Assembly: GCA_963822945.1 (NCBI GenBank) | Contig: CAWGJO010000026.1 | Coordinates: 1 to 64,000, forward strand | Reading direction: 5' to 3' | DNA from: an uncultured Gemmatimonadaceae bacterium | GTDB lineage: Bacteria > Gemmatimonadota > Gemmatimonadetes > Gemmatimonadales > Gemmatimonadaceae | DNA: 64,000 nucleotides | Shown: piece by piece, positions 61,964 to 64,000 of the stretch | Layout: each line of letters begins with the position of its first letter | Position numbering within the stretch: position 1 is the stretch's first letter | Translations under genes and position numbers: made by a program | Notes under the pieces: generated by a model | Database searches by the model: none | Seen by the model: the letters and a program-made list of their open reading frames with translations, nothing else | Told to the model about the DNA's origin: nothing

Positions 61964-62700
61964 CGGGCAGCAACGGTTCGTCACCGGCCCTCAACCCCAC
62001 GCTCTACCGCAAGAGTTCGGGCTACCTGCGCCTGGCGCGCTGGATGTCGCGCTACCACCGCACGCGCGTGGAGGGCACGCCGCCAACGGGCCAGTGCATC
62101 TACGTGACGCACCATGGCGCGGGATATCTGAGCGGTGACCTGTCGATCGCCATCTACCACCTGGCCTGGAGCGACTGGTTCGAACACGGCGGCGAACCGC
62201 GCCCGCTGGCGGTGGCCGCGGTGCAGGGCAATGCGTTGGAGCGCGCCATCCCGGGCATCGCGCGGCTCAAGCGCGACGTGGGGCTCATCGATCCGTCGGA
62301 ACGCTCGTGCCTGCGCGCGTTGGAAGAGGGACGCCAGCTGTTGCTCACGCCGGGCGGCAGCCGCGAGTCGACGCCGCGCGCGCGCGGCTACCGTCTGCGG
62401 TGGAACGATCGCTATGGCTTCGCGCGGTTGGCGGTGCGCACGGGCGTGCCCCTGGTTCCGCTGGCGACGGTGGGCGGGTTCGCCGCGTACCCCGGGTTCA
62501 CCATGGGCCGGCTCTCGTTCTGGAGTCCGGTGCCGCTGCCGGTGCGATTGGACATCGCCATCGGCACGCCGATCGAAGTGGAACGCGATCCGGAGCACGC
62601 GCGCGACGTGGCGGTGTTGAAGCCGGTACACGCGCGCGTGCGACAGGCGACGCAGGATCTCTACGACCGGCTGCTGGCACGGCGCGGTGGCCGCGCGTGA
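61960..62700 (+). CDS. PlsC/DGAT2-like acyltransferase 2
   Basis: IYVTHH, LTPGGSRE, GFARLAVRTGVPLVP, IGTPI. Confidence 0.8.
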   Translation: MTGSNGSSPALNPTLYRKSSGYLRLARWMSRYHRTRVEGTPPTGQCIYVTHHGAGYLSGDLSIAIYHLAWSDWFEHGGEPRPLAVAAVQGNALERAIPGIARLKRDVGLIDPSERSCLRALEEGRQLLLTPGGSRESTPRARGYRLRWNDRYGFARLAVRTGVPLVPLATVGGFAAYPGFTMGRLSFWSPVPLPVRLDIAIGTPIEVERDPEHARDVAVLKPVHARVRQATQDLYDRLLARRGGRA

Positions 62701-63383
62701 CGCGCACGCTCGTGTCCGGCGACTGGCACCTGGGCACCTACAGTCCGCCGGCGCACCGCGCGCTGGCGCTCGGCTTCCTGCGCTGGGCCGCAGACACCGC
62801 CGATCTGATCGTGCTCAACGGTGACATCTTCGAGGGGCTGTTCGAATCGCCGGCGCGCGCCGAACGCGCGCACCCGGAGGTGGCGGCGCTGATCACGAGC
62901 CTGGCGCGGCGGGGCAGGCTCCGCCGCACGCTGGGCAACCACGATCCGGAGGGCGGCGCGGCATCGGTGGTGCTCCAGCACCCGAGGCTGGGACGCGTGC
63001 TGGTGGCGCACGGCCACCTGGCCGACCCGGTGCACGTGTCGTCGGTGGGCAACTTCGGCGACGGCATCTCCCGCCGGTTCGGCCACCTGTCGCTCGTGCG
63101 CGGGGCCGCGTGGGTGGCGGAGTCGTTCGTGGCCGGCACGATGGCGGCGCCCGTGGACCGGATGTTCCGTCGCAAGTGCCTGACGCTCATGGCCCGCGAG
63201 CAATGCGCGTTCGGCGTGTTCGGCCACAATCATCGCCGGCATCTCGTGCCGGGCGATCCGTACGCGAATGCCGGCCGCCTGCGGCGCTCGCGTCTGGAAT
63301 ACCTGATGCTCGACGACGGCGGTCCGTCGTTGCGCGACTTCACCGTCGACGGCGCGACGGCGGACGTGGCTGCGGCGTCGTGA
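62697..63383 (+). CDS. Calcineurin-like metallophosphoesterase (LpxH/PlcP-like)
   Basis: GDWHLG, NGDIFE, GNHD, HGH, GHNH. Confidence 0.85.
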   Translation: MTRTLVSGDWHLGTYSPPAHRALALGFLRWAADTADLIVLNGDIFEGLFESPARAERAHPEVAALITSLARRGRLRRTLGNHDPEGGAASVVLQHPRLGRVLVAHGHLADPVHVSSVGNFGDGISRRFGHLSLVRGAAWVAESFVAGTMAAPVDRMFRRKCLTLMAREQCAFGVFGHNHRRHLVPGDPYANAGRLRRSRLEYLMLDDGGPSLRDFTVDGATADVAAAS

Positions 63384-64000
63384 TCGCCTCGGTGCTGGCG
63401 TTCCTGGCGCGCTGGCAGTATCTGGGCGCCTTCGTCGGGATCTTCCTGGAGGAGGCGGGGGTTCCGCTGCCGGTACCGGGCGACGTGTTCATCGCGGCGC
63501 TCGGCGCGTCGGGGCGTGCGGGACACGCCAGCTACCTGATGACGACGCTGGTGGTGTTCGCGGCCACGCTCAGCGGCAGCACGGTGCTGTTCGAGCTGTC
63601 GCGGCGCGTGGGCCACCCGCTGCTGCGCCGCGTGGGGCATCGATTCGGTTTCGACGGCGAGCGGGCCGACCGCGTGGAGGTATGGCTGAAGAACCATGGG
63701 TCGGTGACGGTGGCGCTCGGCCGTCTGGTCCCGGGATTCCGCATCGTGCTCACGGTGGCGGCGGGCGCTCTGCGCATGGGGCGCGTGAACTTTCTGGTGG
63801 GCGCGGCGGCGGCATCGGTGCTCTGGGCGGCGATCTACTACTGGCTGGGCTACGCGCTCGGCGCGGGGGTGACGCAGATGATCCGGACCGCCGCGGGGCG
63901 CGCCTACCACAACCCCGAGGTGGCGGCGGCGATCGTCGTGGTGGTGGTGCTGGCGATCGCGGCCGTGATCGCGACGGTGGTGTGGAAGCGGCGGTCGTCG
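63380..64000 (+). CDS. DedA family membrane protein (runs off the window end)
   Basis: FLEEAGVPLPVPGD, HG...VALGRLVPGFR, AG.LRM....F; not in the ORF track. Confidence 0.88.
   Translation, partial: MIASVLAFLARWQYLGAFVGIFLEEAGVPLPVPGDVFIAALGASGRAGHASYLMTTLVVFAATLSGSTVLFELSRRVGHPLLRRVGHRFGFDGERADRVEVWLKNHGSVTVALGRLVPGFRIVLTVAAGALRMGRVNFLVGAAAASVLWAAIYYWLGYALGAGVTQMIRTAAGRAYHNPEVAAAIVVVVVLAIAAVIATVVWKRRSS

Overview
High-GC (about 70% by eye) bacterial DNA. The PadR + duplicated-permease pair and many secreted proteins suggest Gemmatimonadota, or possibly Acidobacteriota (inference). Scattered indels break several genes and look like long-read assembly errors. The first ~28 kb is an energy island. 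On the minus strand: hypC-hypD-hypE, a crotonase-fold gene and an orphan ORF, followed by a complete Thermus-order V/A-type ATPase operon. Divergently on the plus strand: two paralogous 9-heme lipoprotein cytochromes, a beta-barrel protein and a 16-heme cytochrome (a porin-cytochrome-like conduit), then a membrane-bound group 1 [NiFe]-hydrogenase operon with protease, hypA, hypB and hypF. The top candidate for a new system is the stand-alone crotonase after hypE. It carries a Y-x3-GL-x-G-x-E motif like the CO-generating C-terminal domain of HypX but has no formyltransferase domain. The HypA also lacks its zinc domain. The remainder is mixed housekeeping and accessory genes: OsmC, two cupredoxins, amidohydrolase, aminotransferase, ChdC/HemQ, MscS, APC permease, Def, ClC-CBS, PadR/ABC permease, MocR/GNAT, tRNA-Pro, peptidases, Uma2, DUF481 and a FecR-like protein. 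The window ends in a putative glycolipid or lipid-remodelling operon. No CRISPR array, rRNA or mobile element was seen.
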